In this document: positions 52,317 to 64,000 of the stretch, one piece after another
Layout: every line of letters begins with the position of its first letter
Position numbering within the stretch: the first letter of the stretch is position 1
Origin: Octopus sinensis
Taxonomy: Eukaryota
Direction: 5' to 3'
DNA length: 64,000 nucleotides
Assembly (NCBI RefSeq): GCF_006345805.1
Contig: NC_043016.1
Coordinates: 2,046,001-2,110,000, forward strand
Made by a program: the position numbers and the translations under genes
The notes under the pieces: generated by a model
Told to the model about the DNA's origin: nothing
The model's database searches: none
Seen by the model: only the letters and a program-made list of their open reading frames with translations

Positions 52317-53465
52317 TCACGAAACCGGGGATTCTCCCGTTTTGTTGCCAGTTGCAGTAGACTGATGCCAAAGGTCGCCAAACAAGTCTGGCATTTGACA
52401 ATACAGCTCGTAGGGTAAACCATCCAATCCAGGCGACTTATCCCTCGCGCAGCCCGCCATCGCATCCCGCACGTCAGCGGCTGTGATTGGACTTTCACAA
52501 CACTCCGCTTCTCTTGCCGAGAGCCACGGCATGTCGGTCAGATAGGCACTGAAATCAATCCCACGTTCCGACCCACCACTCGCACCAAACAGCCGAGCAA
52601 AGTGCTGCTGAAAGGCCTCACACATCCTTTCGGGTTCGAGTAAACTGCATCCCTGTTGATCTATTAGAGGCCGAATGGTGGCCCTGTTTCCACGCTGCCC
52701 CTCCGCTACCCGGGCCTCTCGCGCAGCTTCGATCCCTTCGTTCCTTAAGGCACGCATTTTAGCTCTGACGACGCAACCTTCGTGCTTGGCATTGAGGTGT
52801 TGGTCGAGGGCCATCCTCGCAGCCAGCACGTTGATTGTGCTGCCAGTGGTAAGTGCCTCTTCTAGTTTCTTAACCAGGTCTCCCTCTACTCTGTTTCGAT
52901 CTATCGCTAATTCCTTGCTAAACCTAATTGATTCCGATTTTATTGCCATTTTCAGGGCGAACCACAAGCGGTTGTTAACGACGGCTCCCGCTAGCGCCCT
53001 CTTAATTAACTCGCTAATCCGGTTCCTGTAAACCTGTCGCGCTAAGAGCGACGTGTTCAGTTTCCAGTAACCGGGACCCTGTCTATATGTCTTATCTAAG
53101 TCGAGCGTACACGTCACAAATTTGTGATCTGTGTAGCTGACTATTTTAAATTGTGGACATCCTACACTATCCCTATCCGCTGTCCTGCATAGAATTCTAT
53201 CTAGATTTGCGTTAATATGTATGCTTGTAGAAATTGTTGATGTTTTGTGCGGTGTTTGTGTTGTTGTGGTGTTAGGGGTAGAATTTGCCTTCTCGTCACT
53301 ATTTTCGGTCTTTTTAATTGTCGTCCTTGGTGTTGGTGTTGGTTTATCTTTTGATGGTTCAGTATGTTGAATTGGTTGCGACGTCAACGGTGATTGTGTT
53401 TCTTTTCTTGGTGATGCTGTTGGGGTTTGTTTGCTGGTTTGTTGTTTTTCTTGGCATTGTTCCAT
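52317..53465 (-). pseudogene. Chimeric ORF1-tail/ORF2 reading frame (382 aa) of the Tx1 element
   Basis: A low-complexity T/P/K/Q ORF1-type tail runs in frame into the last APE motifs and the linker. Confidence 0.65.
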
Positions 53466-53468
53466 AAT

Positions 53469-53945
53469 TTAGTGTGTTGGTGTTGGTGTTGGCAACAAGG
53501 GATTTTTGTTTGCTTTCTGATTTGTTCTTTCTTGTTTTTTCTGTGCCAGAGCGCACTTGGCAATTAAATGTTCTGGGCTGCCACAGTTGTAGCATCTAGG
53601 CTTTTTGCCTTCTGCTACAACATATAGGCTTTGCCCATTTTCTAAATGGATCCTATCAGGTAGGTTCTCGATAGAGGACCCATCAATCTGGATGCTGATT
53701 TCTATTGTTTTTCCACCCCAATTGTCGTTTTTGTATACGGCAGTCTCTAAAATGTTTATAGTTTTCAAATTGTAACATATTGCTCCTGTTATCCATTTGT
53801 TAGGTATCTCGGGGGGTACATTTTTAATGCTAATTCTACTCACTCTCTGGCCTTTGTAATATGGTACCATGATGATTTCATCATTTTGCAAAGACTCCGT
53901 AGAGTGAGCTTTTGCCACTTCCTGGTTAGGGAAGCCGACCACCAC
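53469..53945 (-). pseudogene. Tx1 ORF1 zinc-knuckle region
   Basis: KKPRCYNCGSPEHLIAKC, i.e. CX2CX4HX4C. Confidence 0.75.
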
Positions 53946-54429
53946 TGTATTAAACTGGTGACACCAGTTTATATATTCTTTTTTTCATTATGTTTTTTAA
54001 ACACTTTTCTATGTCAGTTTTTGTAATCTGTTCATTTTGTTTTTTTTGTTTTTTTAATAATTTTATACATAATTGTCTTATTTTCTATTTGTTCCTTTAT
54101 GTGTTGAGGTGTATGCAGCACTAAATCCTGCCCTTGGGTTGTAAAGAGTGCTCTCGTTTCTATTAACTATTTTATATTTTACTATCTCCTTTTTCTGACG
54201 CAGGGCATCAGCGAAATTTACTGTCATATTGTAGCAGTTGTTGTTGTTGTGTGATTTTGTTGTTGTATCCGAAATATTCTTGTAGTGGCTTTTACAGCTG
54301 CTGTTGATTCTGTTGTATTAACATCTTCACTATTAGATGGTAAGATATTTATTTCATTTTTATTGTTGTTCTTGTTGTTGTTGTTGTTTTTGTTGATAGC
54401 ATTCGCGTGAGTTTCATTTTTATCATTTA

Positions 54430-54945
54430 CTAGCAGTATCGCCCGGCGTTGCTCGGGTTTGTAAGGGAAATAACTATATAAGCATTTTTAGAGAGTTACT
54501 TCCTTTATAGATGCCAATTCAGGCTTTCTTAGCCATTTCTGTTTTGGTGTCTTCAAGCCATGAAGTCGTTGTTCTAAAAGAACGCTGGTCTCCTTGACAA
54601 CGCATTACGACGTTGATTTCCTTAAACTCCCTTCCCCACAGCTTCACGAGGGAGGGAAGAAGGGGGAGAAGCAAACACAGGTGCAGGTGTTTGAGCGTGG
54701 ACGCCAACTTCGCCGCCATCGACACACGAAAAATTATGCATTAAAATGGAATAAAAATGATGTTAAATTATTTTTTAAATCGTAGACTCATCGTAGACGC
54801 GCGCTAATAGCCAGACGGGCTTGATATTAATCACGACCATAAGATACCCGAATTTGGTTAAACTGCACCGCAAAATGTGGGAGGAGTTAGGAATCTAAAT
54901 CGTAGGAGACAGACACTCACACAACTACAGTTTTATATATATAGA
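54430..54945 (-). mobile_element. Non-autonomous Helitron, copy 1
   Basis: Minus strand starts A|TCTATATATATAAAA and ends with hairpin CCCGAGCAACGCCGGG plus CTAG|T. Confidence 0.88.
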
Positions 54946-54962
54946 TATATATATATATATGA

Positions 54963-55473
54963 CTAGCAGTATCGCCCGGCGTTGCTCGGGTTTGTAAGGG
55001 AAATAACTACATAAGCATTTTTAGAGAGTTACTTCCCTTATAGATGCCAATTCGGGCTTTCTTAGCCATTTCTGTTTTGGTGTCTTCAAGCCATGAAGTC
55101 GTTGTTCTAAAAGAACGCTGGTCTCCTTGACAACGCTTTACGACGTTGATTTCTTTACACTCCCTTCCCCACAGCTTCACGGGAGGGAGGAAGAAGGGGG
55201 AAGAAGCAAACAGGTGCAGGTGTGACCATGGACAACAACTCCGCCGCCATCGACACACGAAAAATTATGCATTAAAATGGAATAAAAAATGATGTTAAAT
55301 TATTTTTAAAATCGTAGACTCATCGTAGACGCGCGCTAATAGCCAGACAGGCTCGATATGAATCACGACTATAGATACCAATTTGGTTAAACTGCACCGC
55401 AAAATGTGGGAGTAGTTAGGAATCTAATCGAAGGGGACAGACACTCACACAACTACAGTTTTATATATATAGA
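54963..55473 (-). mobile_element. Non-autonomous Helitron, copy 2 (head-to-tail with copy 1)
   Basis: Same TC..hairpin..CTAG termini. Near-identical to copy 1 and separated from it by a short (TA)n. Confidence 0.88.
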
Positions 55474-55814
55474 TGTTGTTAGTGGTTGTGGTGGTGACAG
55501 GGCTGTTACCGCAAGTGGTTGCAGCGTTCACCACCACGTCACTCAGGTTTGTCTTTGTCGAATGTGTGTGAGTGCATAAGTTCTTTTTTTCTCCTAGCGT
55601 TTCAACGCTAGGAAAATGCTGGTCCATAAAGGAACTTGACCAGCGTTCTACAATAACATTTCTCGACATTTTTAATGTCGAGAAGAAAATTACACAAATT
55701 AAATAGGGTTGAAACTGCCCCTAGGGGCGAATTCCTCCCTTGGAAAAGCACTCAAACGAAAGTTGGGTGCCTTACACACCTTATTTACAAAAATAAATAA
55801 ATGAATAAATAAAT

Positions 55815-56090
55815 AAAAATGAAATAGTCCGGCTATGGAAAATGAAGTAGGTGAAGATAATGCCAATTATTATTAGGTCCTTAGGAACAGTATCAGAAGG
55901 CATCAAAAAGAATATAAAGGAAATTGGAATGGAATTCCCAGTACAGCTGCTACAAAAGGTTTGCCTCCTTGGCATGATTAGAATAATCAGGAAAATATTG
56001 GACAGCTGAAGAGAAGGAATAACATGGAACCATTTGCTACTGCAGGCAGCAAGACTCTAGGAGTTCCAACAAGACCTGTGATAAAAAGAA
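55815..56090 (+). mobile_element. R4/Dong-like element, downstream half (REL C-terminus plus 3' UTR) ending in (TAA)n
   Basis: KNEIVRLWKMK*VKIMPIII.SLGTV..LLQKVCLLG..RIIRKILDS*. Confidence 0.8.
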
Positions 56091-56163
56091 ATGATGATAA
56101 TAATAATAATAATAATAATATAATAATAATAATAATAATATAATAATAATAATAATAATAATA

Positions 56164-56225
<62 letters not shown>

Positions 56226-56232
56226 TAATAAC

Positions 56233-56265
<33 letters not shown>
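56091..56265. repeat. (TAA)n tract
   Basis: Direct inspection. A second tract lies at 58777-59180. Confidence 0.92.
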
Positions 56266-56266
<1 letters not shown>

Positions 56267-58774
56267 GACAGAATATCTACAGAACTGGACCCCTTAGAAG
56301 AGCAAAAGTGGGAGGGTGTCAAGGTAGAAGATATAAGATCTGCTCTCAGGAGGTCAAGCAATGGAAGTCTCCAGGAAAGGATAAAATTCCTAACTTCTGG
56401 CTGAATGCCTTCCCAGAGAGCCATGAACAGCTAACAGAACTGTACAATGATGTTTTGCAACACCCTAGTAGGATGCCTCCTTGGCTAGTTAATGGGTTAA
56501 CATTCCTGCTTCCAAAAAGTGAAGAAACAAATGAACCAAAAAACTATAGACCCATAACCTGCTTAACAATAGTTTTTTAACAGACAGCAGCATATTCCCT
56601 AATGAACAGAAAGGATGTAAACGTGGATCCTACGGCTGTAAAGACCAACTACTCATCAATAAGATGATCTTAGAAGTTGTCACAAACGACACAAAAACTT
56701 ATCAATAGCCTGGATAGACTATAAAATGGCTTTTGATAGCCTACCACATAGCTGGATTAGGAAATGCCTTGAAAGGTATAAGATAGCACCACTCTGCAAA
56801 CTTCTTGACTGTAAGTATGAGATCATGGAGAACCACACTAACTCTGAACCTGACAGTGAATCCCTAAATGCTGGTGATGTAAAATTTCGTGTGGCATTTT
56901 CAGGGTGACTCACTGTCACCACTCCTCTTTTGTTTATCCTTAATACCTCTCTCAAAGCTGCTCAATGACGCGCAGTACGGTATAAAATGTTTGATAAAAA
57001 TATAAATCATCTCGTTTACATGGATGATTTAAAGCTTTTTGCAAAAAGGATCAACAACTCAAGGGCTTACTAGCGATAGTCAAACAATTCAGTGACGACA
57101 TCAGAATGCAATTCGGCCTCGATAAATGTGCAAAGGCTACCTTATCAAAGGAAAAATGACAGAAACATCTAACGTTAACCTTGACCAACAGAATGTCATA
57201 AAAGAACTAGACCCAGCGGAGTACCTAGGGGTAATTGAAGGGAACGGAATAAGGCATTCAGAGATGAAGGTAAGGATCAGGAGAGAATGCTATCGAAGAG
57301 TGAGAGCAATACTCAAGACAGAGCTGAATGCAAGAAACAGGATCGAAGCAATCAATGCATTAGCTATACCAGTCGTGACTTACAGTTTCAATATTGTTAC
57401 TGGTCAATTACTGAAATATGTCAGCTCGACAGAAAAATAAGGAAACTGTTGACAATGCATAGAATGCACCACCCTAAGGCAGATACAGAACGACTCTATC
57501 TGCCAAGAAAAGAGGGAGGCCGTGGTCTTTTGCAACTGGCAATAACAATGAAGATTGCTACAATTGGCCTAGACACCTACCTGAAAAACTCCGAGGACTG
57601 GATGCTAAAACTTGTCTCTAAAGAAGGAAACAAAAGCATCATACTCAGTCACAAAACAGGCAAAGGAATATCTAAGTGAATTCCGAATACAACCAATTTC
57701 GGAATTAGAGATAGATATACAAGAAACAAGCACAGAAAAAGCTAGGCGCATGAAACCCGTGCCAAACTCTGCGGCCTTAGATATTCTGAATAATAAATGG
57801 CAAGAAAAACCTCTCTATGGCAAATACCCAAAGAGAGCGAATAATGCAGATATCGACAAAGCCCTGACCCATCAATGGCTAATGGCCTCTGGCTTAAAAT
57901 CTGAAACAGAGGGGTTTATCATAGCAGCTCAAGATCAATGCCTACCAACAAGAACTACCAGGCCAACATATTAAAGATCAGAAGCAGTCCAACGTGTCGT
58001 GTATGCAAGCAACAAAATGAAACCATTGACCATGTGGTCTACAAGTGCAGTCTTCTAGCGCCTACAGATATCTCAACAGGCACGATAGAGCTGCACAATA
58101 TATTCACTGGGTAATCTGTAAAAACCTGGATTTGCCCCATGAAAAAAACTGGTGGGAACACAAACCACCCCCAGTGCTTGAAAATGACCACATCTCACTC
58201 CTCTGGAACTTCACCATTCAAACTGACAGGAAGATAGATGCAAATAGGCCAGACATCATATTGAAAGACTTCAGACAAAGAACATGCCTCCTCATTGATA
58301 TGACTGTCCCAATCGATATAAACGTATCTGTCAGACCTACCAGAAACTGAGCAAATATAAAGATCTTGAAATAGAAATCAGCAAAATGTGGAAGCTGAAG
58401 ACAAAACAATACCTGTTGTCATAGGCGCCCTGGGAATGATAGCAAAAGGGGCTGATAGCTACCTAACTCAGATACCAGGAACCCAAAAATGGCAGAAGTT
58501 CAAAAGATAGTGCTCATGGGAACTGCTCATATCCTACGCAAAATACTCTCTATGTAATCTCAAGGTTTAAAACAAACATAATTTTCGGTTTAAAAAAAAA
58601 AAAAAAAAAAAAAAACCTTTTTTTTAGACATTCATTAGTACAACATCCCCACCCCCCAATATATGGCACACTAGGCATAACGACCCACATGAACTTCCAA
58701 CCCTGTTGTCTCTTGAGGTCTCTGGGTGAGACTTGGAGCCAACTTGTACAAATATAAAGCAAAAGTCAAACATA

Positions 58775-58776
<2 letters not shown>
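56264..58776 (+). mobile_element. 5'-truncated copy of the R4/Dong-like family at 28329-32160, inserted within (TAA)n
   Basis: Colinear with the reverse complement of 28329-30870. YMDD, SETEGFIIAAQDQ and RPDII..LIDMTVP present. Identical 3' terminus GTCAAACATAGA. TAA tracts on both sides. Confidence 0.92.
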
Positions 58777-58815
<39 letters not shown>

Positions 58816-58874
58816 TAATAGATAATAATAATAATAATAATAATGATAAGGATAATAAAATAATAATGATAATA

Positions 58875-58905
<31 letters not shown>

Positions 58906-58940
58906 TAATAACAATAATAATAATAATAATAATAATAATG

Positions 58941-58976
<36 letters not shown>

Positions 58977-59028
58977 TCAAATGATAATAATAATAATAAT
59001 AATGATATAATAATAATAATAATAATAA

Positions 59029-59060
<32 letters not shown>

Positions 59061-59292
59061 TAGTAATAATAATATAATAATAAAATATAATATAATAATA
59101 TAATAATAATAATAATAATAATGATAAGGATAATAATAATAATAATAATAATAACAATAATAATATAATAATAATAATTAGTATATGGTTTTTCGGCACT
59201 CGTAGTTTACCCTCGCACCAGGTAGTGCCGGGTATCACCTGCCCCTGAAGTTGGTACCTTAAGTAAGTGAGAATTACATACATATATATATA

Positions 59293-59392
59293 NNNNNNNN
59301 NNNNNNNNNNNNNNNNNNNNNNNNNNNNNNNNNNNNNNNNNNNNNNNNNNNNNNNNNNNNNNNNNNNNNNNNNNNNNNNNNNNNNNNNNNNN
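59293..59392. other. Assembly gap (100 N)
   Basis: Direct inspection. Confidence 0.99.
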
Positions 59393-59765
59393 ACCTAAGG
59401 GTAAAGGTGGTTTGTCCTCCTATCAGAAGTCACTCGAGAACATTAAATAGGACTTATCGATTGCAAAATGTAAGAGACCCGCTGATATTAGCAATTATTG
59501 GCAAAATCTTTTGCGCTCTCCAATGTACGTCATAGGCGACGATCTGCTATCATCATCTCAACTGGGATTCTACGACAGTTTTTCAGCGGGTTGTGCTCTT
59601 TATCATTTGGACGAAAATTGCCGACATATTATTGATAAGTTGAGGTTTATCGACAATGGTAATTCTGCTGGAAAAATAGGCTAAAATTTAGTTAATAAGG
59701 TAAGAGGTAAGGTCATGCAATTAACAAACAAGGCAGCATTAGTTTAAAGCAATTTCTCTCTGTTA

Positions 59766-59808
<43 letters not shown>

Positions 59809-60097
59809 TGACAGACGGAGAGAGGGGGGAGTGGTTGGTGTGTATGTATGTGTGTACATTTTGTCCTTTTGAGTACGAGTGTATCTATATATAATTTAAA
59901 ACAGTTTGATATGGTTTCCGTGCCACTTCAAACTTCGCAAGCCCATAACGGAGCATATATATATATATATAATATTATATATATATATATATATATAATA
60001 TATATATATATATATAATACATATATGTATATATGTATGTATGTATGTACGTATGTATGTATGTATCTGTGTATGTATACAAATACACACACACATT

Positions 60098-60128
<31 letters not shown>

Positions 60129-60190
60129 GTATATGTATATTTATATGTATGTATGTATATTCATACATATACACAATACGCATATATATG

Positions 60191-60224
<34 letters not shown>

Positions 60225-60613
60225 ATGCATACATATGCGTGTATGTGTTAGTATACCTGAGTATAAATTCTAGACCTATGTATGCATATATGTATGAATT
60301 TATATGTGTGCCTATGTATATATATATATAATATATATATGCACATCTCTGTGTATGTGTGGGGTTGGATTGGGGTGGATATTTGTCCACGAGGGTTGAT
60401 TTATTGTGAGTATGTATCCATTCGTTTGAAATGATTATTCACTTTATCGATACTCCGAGTTACTTGTTAATGCTCGTTTGTTCTGGAGACAACTAGTAGA
60501 ACAACCGTATCGCTTCAACTGATAGTGACAACAAACTTAGCCATCAGCTTTGATTAGATAAAAAGTACTCAATTCTAAAATATAGATTGATAGGCAGATA
60601 GATAGATAGATAG

Positions 60614-60687
<74 letters not shown>

Positions 60688-60714
60688 TGTGTGTGCAGTA
60701 ATAAAGATAAAATG

Positions 60715-60915
60715 AATGGGTATTTGGTGCATTACTTACTACACATGTTTCCGTAGCGTATTCTTGGGTGTATTGCCTGAAGAAGTCGCGCTTTAATAAA
60801 AACACCAACTTACTTCATGTTACATGTCAAATTACATAATGTGTCTACGTGTCTATGTTCTAAATCTAAATACATACGCTACGGAATCCTGTGTTGTAAT
60901 GCCCAAAATACCCAA
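60715..60915. mobile_element. Small inverted-repeat element with a decayed CTGAAGA core
   Basis: GGGTATTTGGTGCATTAC..TTCCGTAGCGTAT vs ATACGCTACGGAA..GTAATGCCCAAAATACCC. CCTGAAGAAG at ~60776. Confidence 0.45.
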
Positions 60916-60967
60916 TCTTTCTATTCATATTACTAAAAATTACACTGCGCCAAATATACCTATTTCC

Positions 60968-61195
60968 TTATTACCCACAAAGGACTAAACACAGAGAGGA
61001 CAAACAAGGACAGATAAACGCATTAAGTCGATTATATCGACCCCAGTGCGTATCTGGTACTTATTTAATCGACCCCGAAAGGATGAAAGGCAAAGTCGGC
61101 CTCGGAGGAATTTGAACTCAGAACGTAACGGCAGACGAAATACGGCTACGCTTTTCGCCCGGCGTGCTAACGATTCTGCCAGCTCGCCGCCTCTG
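60968..61195 (-). mobile_element. tRNA-derived SINE, third family
   Basis: Minus strand GGCGAGCTGGCAGAATCGTTAGCACG..GTTCAAATTCC then GACTTTGCCTTTCATCCTTTCGGGGTCGAT..AAGTACCAG. This resembles Meta/Nin-type SINE central domains (from memory, unverified). Confidence 0.8.
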
Positions 61196-61599
61196 CGTCA
61201 AATATACCAATTAGTCCTTTAATACGCTCTTGGATTTGCAGAGTATCTGACACCAATGGGTTTTACTTTCAATTCTCCACTGACCGCTGATATGGGTAGT
61301 TAAATTACCTGAAATATTCGGAAGACATTTTCTAGTCAAAACACGCGTACTCGCTTCGCTGTTGATTTGCTTTGATCTCATCTATTTTAATATTCGATGT
61401 GTTCGTCACATTCTTTTATGTCTCCCCTTTTTCAGCAATAGCTCCTTGTATTGGTGAACAATCTACGATGTTGAAGAGCATAAAAATTAAAATCGTAAAA
61501 TATTTGTTGACATAAAGATTCGTGCCTGATATCAAAATGGCGACATCATGACTGCTGCTCAATGCTCTGCGAAAACTGTAAAGGCCGTAAGATATGACA

Positions 61600-61945
61600 C
61601 GGAAATTATGAAACCGAGATCCCTGAAACTGTAATGGTCTTTGGGTGTGTCTCCAGTGAGGGTAACGTCAGGATATCCCACATCTTTGAACAGGACTTTA
61701 GGCTCAATTCAAACGTCTTAGTCAGAGAGTGTTGCTGCTAGTTGGTCATATGTGTGGCAGCAGGATTCGGCTCCTTATCATACCTCCGGAAAGGGTCAGA
61801 AGAGGTTGTATAATTTATACAACTTCACCAGCCCTAATTTCTGGCCTCCTAATTATCCCTATTGTAACCCAATGGGTTTGGAGCGCGTTTGAGAAAGACA
61901 CCGAGTGCTGTGATGTGCATTGAAACCGGATACTTTAAGTAAATT
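61600..61945 (+). mobile_element. Tc1/mariner-superfamily (maT/DD37D-like) transposase fragment
   Basis: TVMVFGCVSSEG..HIFEQ..YVWQQDSAPYHTS..FWPPNYPYCNP, matching the degenerate motifs QQD.AP.H and WPP.SPDLNP. Confidence 0.75.
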
Positions 61946-62116
61946 TATTTCCCACAATATCTAGTCGATATTATCTTTTTTTAATTTTTAAAATACATTT
62001 TTGGATGGAATATTATGCTTTTTTTTCCTTTTACGCAGACTGTCGAATTTATACCGAACACCCATTATACACATCCACACACCACAAACACCACGCACGC
62101 CACACACATACACATG

Positions 62117-62149
<33 letters not shown>

Positions 62150-62352
62150 GTATGTATTGTTGACGTTTTAAGTTTTATTTACTTCGAGACTCACAGCGAC
62201 AAAAAAATTATTTTATGTTCTCGAAGTTACTAACTTCTTATGACATCAAAAACATACAATTTTTACTAATAAGAATAAACTTCCTAAAATGTTAAGAGAA
62301 ATTCGAATGACTGCTTTGGTCCAAAGGTAGAACTCTTGTCGTGTTTGCAGCC

Positions 62353-62790
62353 GAGGAGCGGCTGTGTGGTAAGTAGCTTGCTTACCAACCACATGGTCCT
62401 GGGTTCAGTCTGCGTGGAACCTTGGTCAAGTGTCTTCTACAATAGCTGTGGGCCAACCAAAGCCTTCTGAGTGGATTTGGTAGACGGAAACTGAAAGAAG
62501 ACCGTCGTATATGTATATATATTTATGTGTGTGTGTGCGTGTGTGTGTGTGTGTATGTATGTATGTGTGTGTATATGTTTGTGTGTCTGTTTCCCCCCCC
62601 CCCCAACATCGCTTGACAACCGATGCGGGCCTGCTTACGTCTCCGTAAATTAGCGGTTCGGTAAAAAAGACCGATAGAATAAGTATTAGGCTTACAAAGA
62701 ATAAGTCCTGGGGTCGATTTGCTCAACTAAAGGTCGTGCTCCAACATGGCCGCAGTCAAATGACTGAAACAAGTAAAAGAATAAAAGATA
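62353..62790 (+). mobile_element. Major tRNA-derived SINE
   Basis: Matches 19376-19784 and 45403-45806. Confidence 0.88.
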
Positions 62791-62979
62791 AGGTTTTACA
62801 CATTATTATTCATAGCTTAATTTGCTTCGAAACCCACAGATAAAAAAGTTATGTATTCACATTTTAGTAAGACACCTGCTCCTCTATCACAATTTCTTTC
62901 TCCAGTCTATACCCAGCTCAATTGTAGGGTCTTATCTAGCGGGTATTTGGTGATTTCATCGGTATACTCTTTTACGTAA

Positions 62980-63101
62980 TCGGTGTTAGAAAGGCATTCA
63001 TTTAGAAACCATATCAAAGCAAACAGATCTCCTGGTGGAGCTCGCTGACTGTTCTTGTCAAAGCATCCAACCCATGCCAGCTTGAAAATAGGGATGTTAA
63101 T

Positions 63102-63136
<35 letters not shown>
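62980..63136 (+). mobile_element. Retroposon 3' tail fragment ending in (GAT)n
   Basis: CATCCAACCCATGCCAGC..GTTAA followed by (TGA)n. Confidence 0.5.
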
Positions 63137-64000
63137 TATAAGGTCGACTTAATATAATAGGTGAAACAAAAAGAATATTTGGAAATTATATTTTTAACGA
63201 GAAGAAAAATTCATTATTGTTAATGATAATTCGTTTCTGAACAGGAAAGGGGTAGAAGTCTGAATTTTAAATTTGAGAGATGTGTAATGGAATAGCCATG
63301 TCTTTGATCTTAATAGTTATTTGATTTTATTAGGACTCCTCGATGATGTATAGCCTAACAGGAAGCATCGACGCCACAGAATATAGATTTGGTACGAAAA
63401 GAATTCACAAGTTTAACTATTTTAAATAATGACATAGGAAAATTACTCAGAAGAGCCTTTTACAAGCAAAATAGGTAAAGTCCTGGCTAATATATTTCAC
63501 CTGGTAAACCGAACTGAGTTGCAATTAATTGATATTATACAATTAGTGAGATGAAAAGCTCTCACTATTCAAGAAGATTCTTTTCAAATGGGCAATATTT
63601 AAACTGAGTGAACATTAAATGTAGATGGGTTGGATATGCCGTTCCTTTTCGTAGTCTTTGTCCTCTGAGTAAAGAAGTTTATTGATTTTTTGACAACAGC
63701 AAAATCACTGCACTCACATTTAGAAACAGTGAAACATCGCCACCTAGAAATCTGGAAACTAAAATAGAAGGGACAAAGTCACCTGGTCACAGTTAATAAT
63801 ATTGAATTTTACTATAATATAACTGTTTTCGTAGTGACCATCTTTCTTTTCTACGGACAGTGCATCAAGGAATATATTACTAAAAGTATTTTTCTAGGAT
63901 TTAATTTTTATTTATGCAAATTTGTCAGTTATTTCTAGCTGATGCACCGATCACATACAGTCTCTCTCCTTTTCTCGTTTGAACTCATTTAAAAAGAGAT

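Larger units (their letters stand above)
50148..55780 (-). mobile_element. Tx1/L1-clade non-LTR retrotransposon, near full length, with Helitrons in ORF1 and most of the APE domain deleted
   Basis: ORF1 CCHC knuckle CYNCGSPEHLIAKC; APE tail LDRIL..TDH..GPGYWKLN; RT KSPGLDGLPYELY, RPITLLNA..KILAK, LDQSKAFDRVDH, VRQGCPLS, YADD; C-terminal ETVLHALVQC. Confidence 0.9.

Noticed and set aside
63334-63391. Possible 58-bp plus-strand exon (DSSMMYSLTGSIDATEYRF)
   Set aside because: Weak splice sites and no supporting neighbouring exon or recognisable homology.

Overview
AT-rich eukaryotic genomic DNA saturated with microsatellites and transposable elements. The repeat repertoire (tRNA-derived SINEs, (TACA)n/(TA)n/(TAA)n tracts) suggests a coleoid cephalopod, probably Octopus; this is an inference, not a database result. 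I recognise no intact host protein-coding gene, rRNA, true tRNA or CRISPR array, and most tracked ORFs are microsatellite read-through. Supported content: a CR1-type LINE (4.6-8.2 kb); R4/Dong-like REL-endonuclease retroposons tied to (TAA)n tracts (27-32 kb, 48.7-59.2 kb); two Tx1/L1-clade copies, one split by two tandem Helitrons; Penelope-like (PLE) RT fragments; Helitron, Tc1, Tc2-like and maT DNA transposon remnants; and many SINEs. A degenerate ~450/900-bp higher-order repeat is spread over 2.6-23 kb and shows a conserved ATG and splice-like signals on the minus strand. The most striking unannotated signal is a set of minimal type I hammerhead ribozyme (HHR) motifs from several unrelated small elements. 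Four have complete cores and stems, two form a 141-nt-spaced tandem pair, and one family has an apparent G3:C8 swap of the canonical C3:G8 core pair. All folds were read by eye and are untested.
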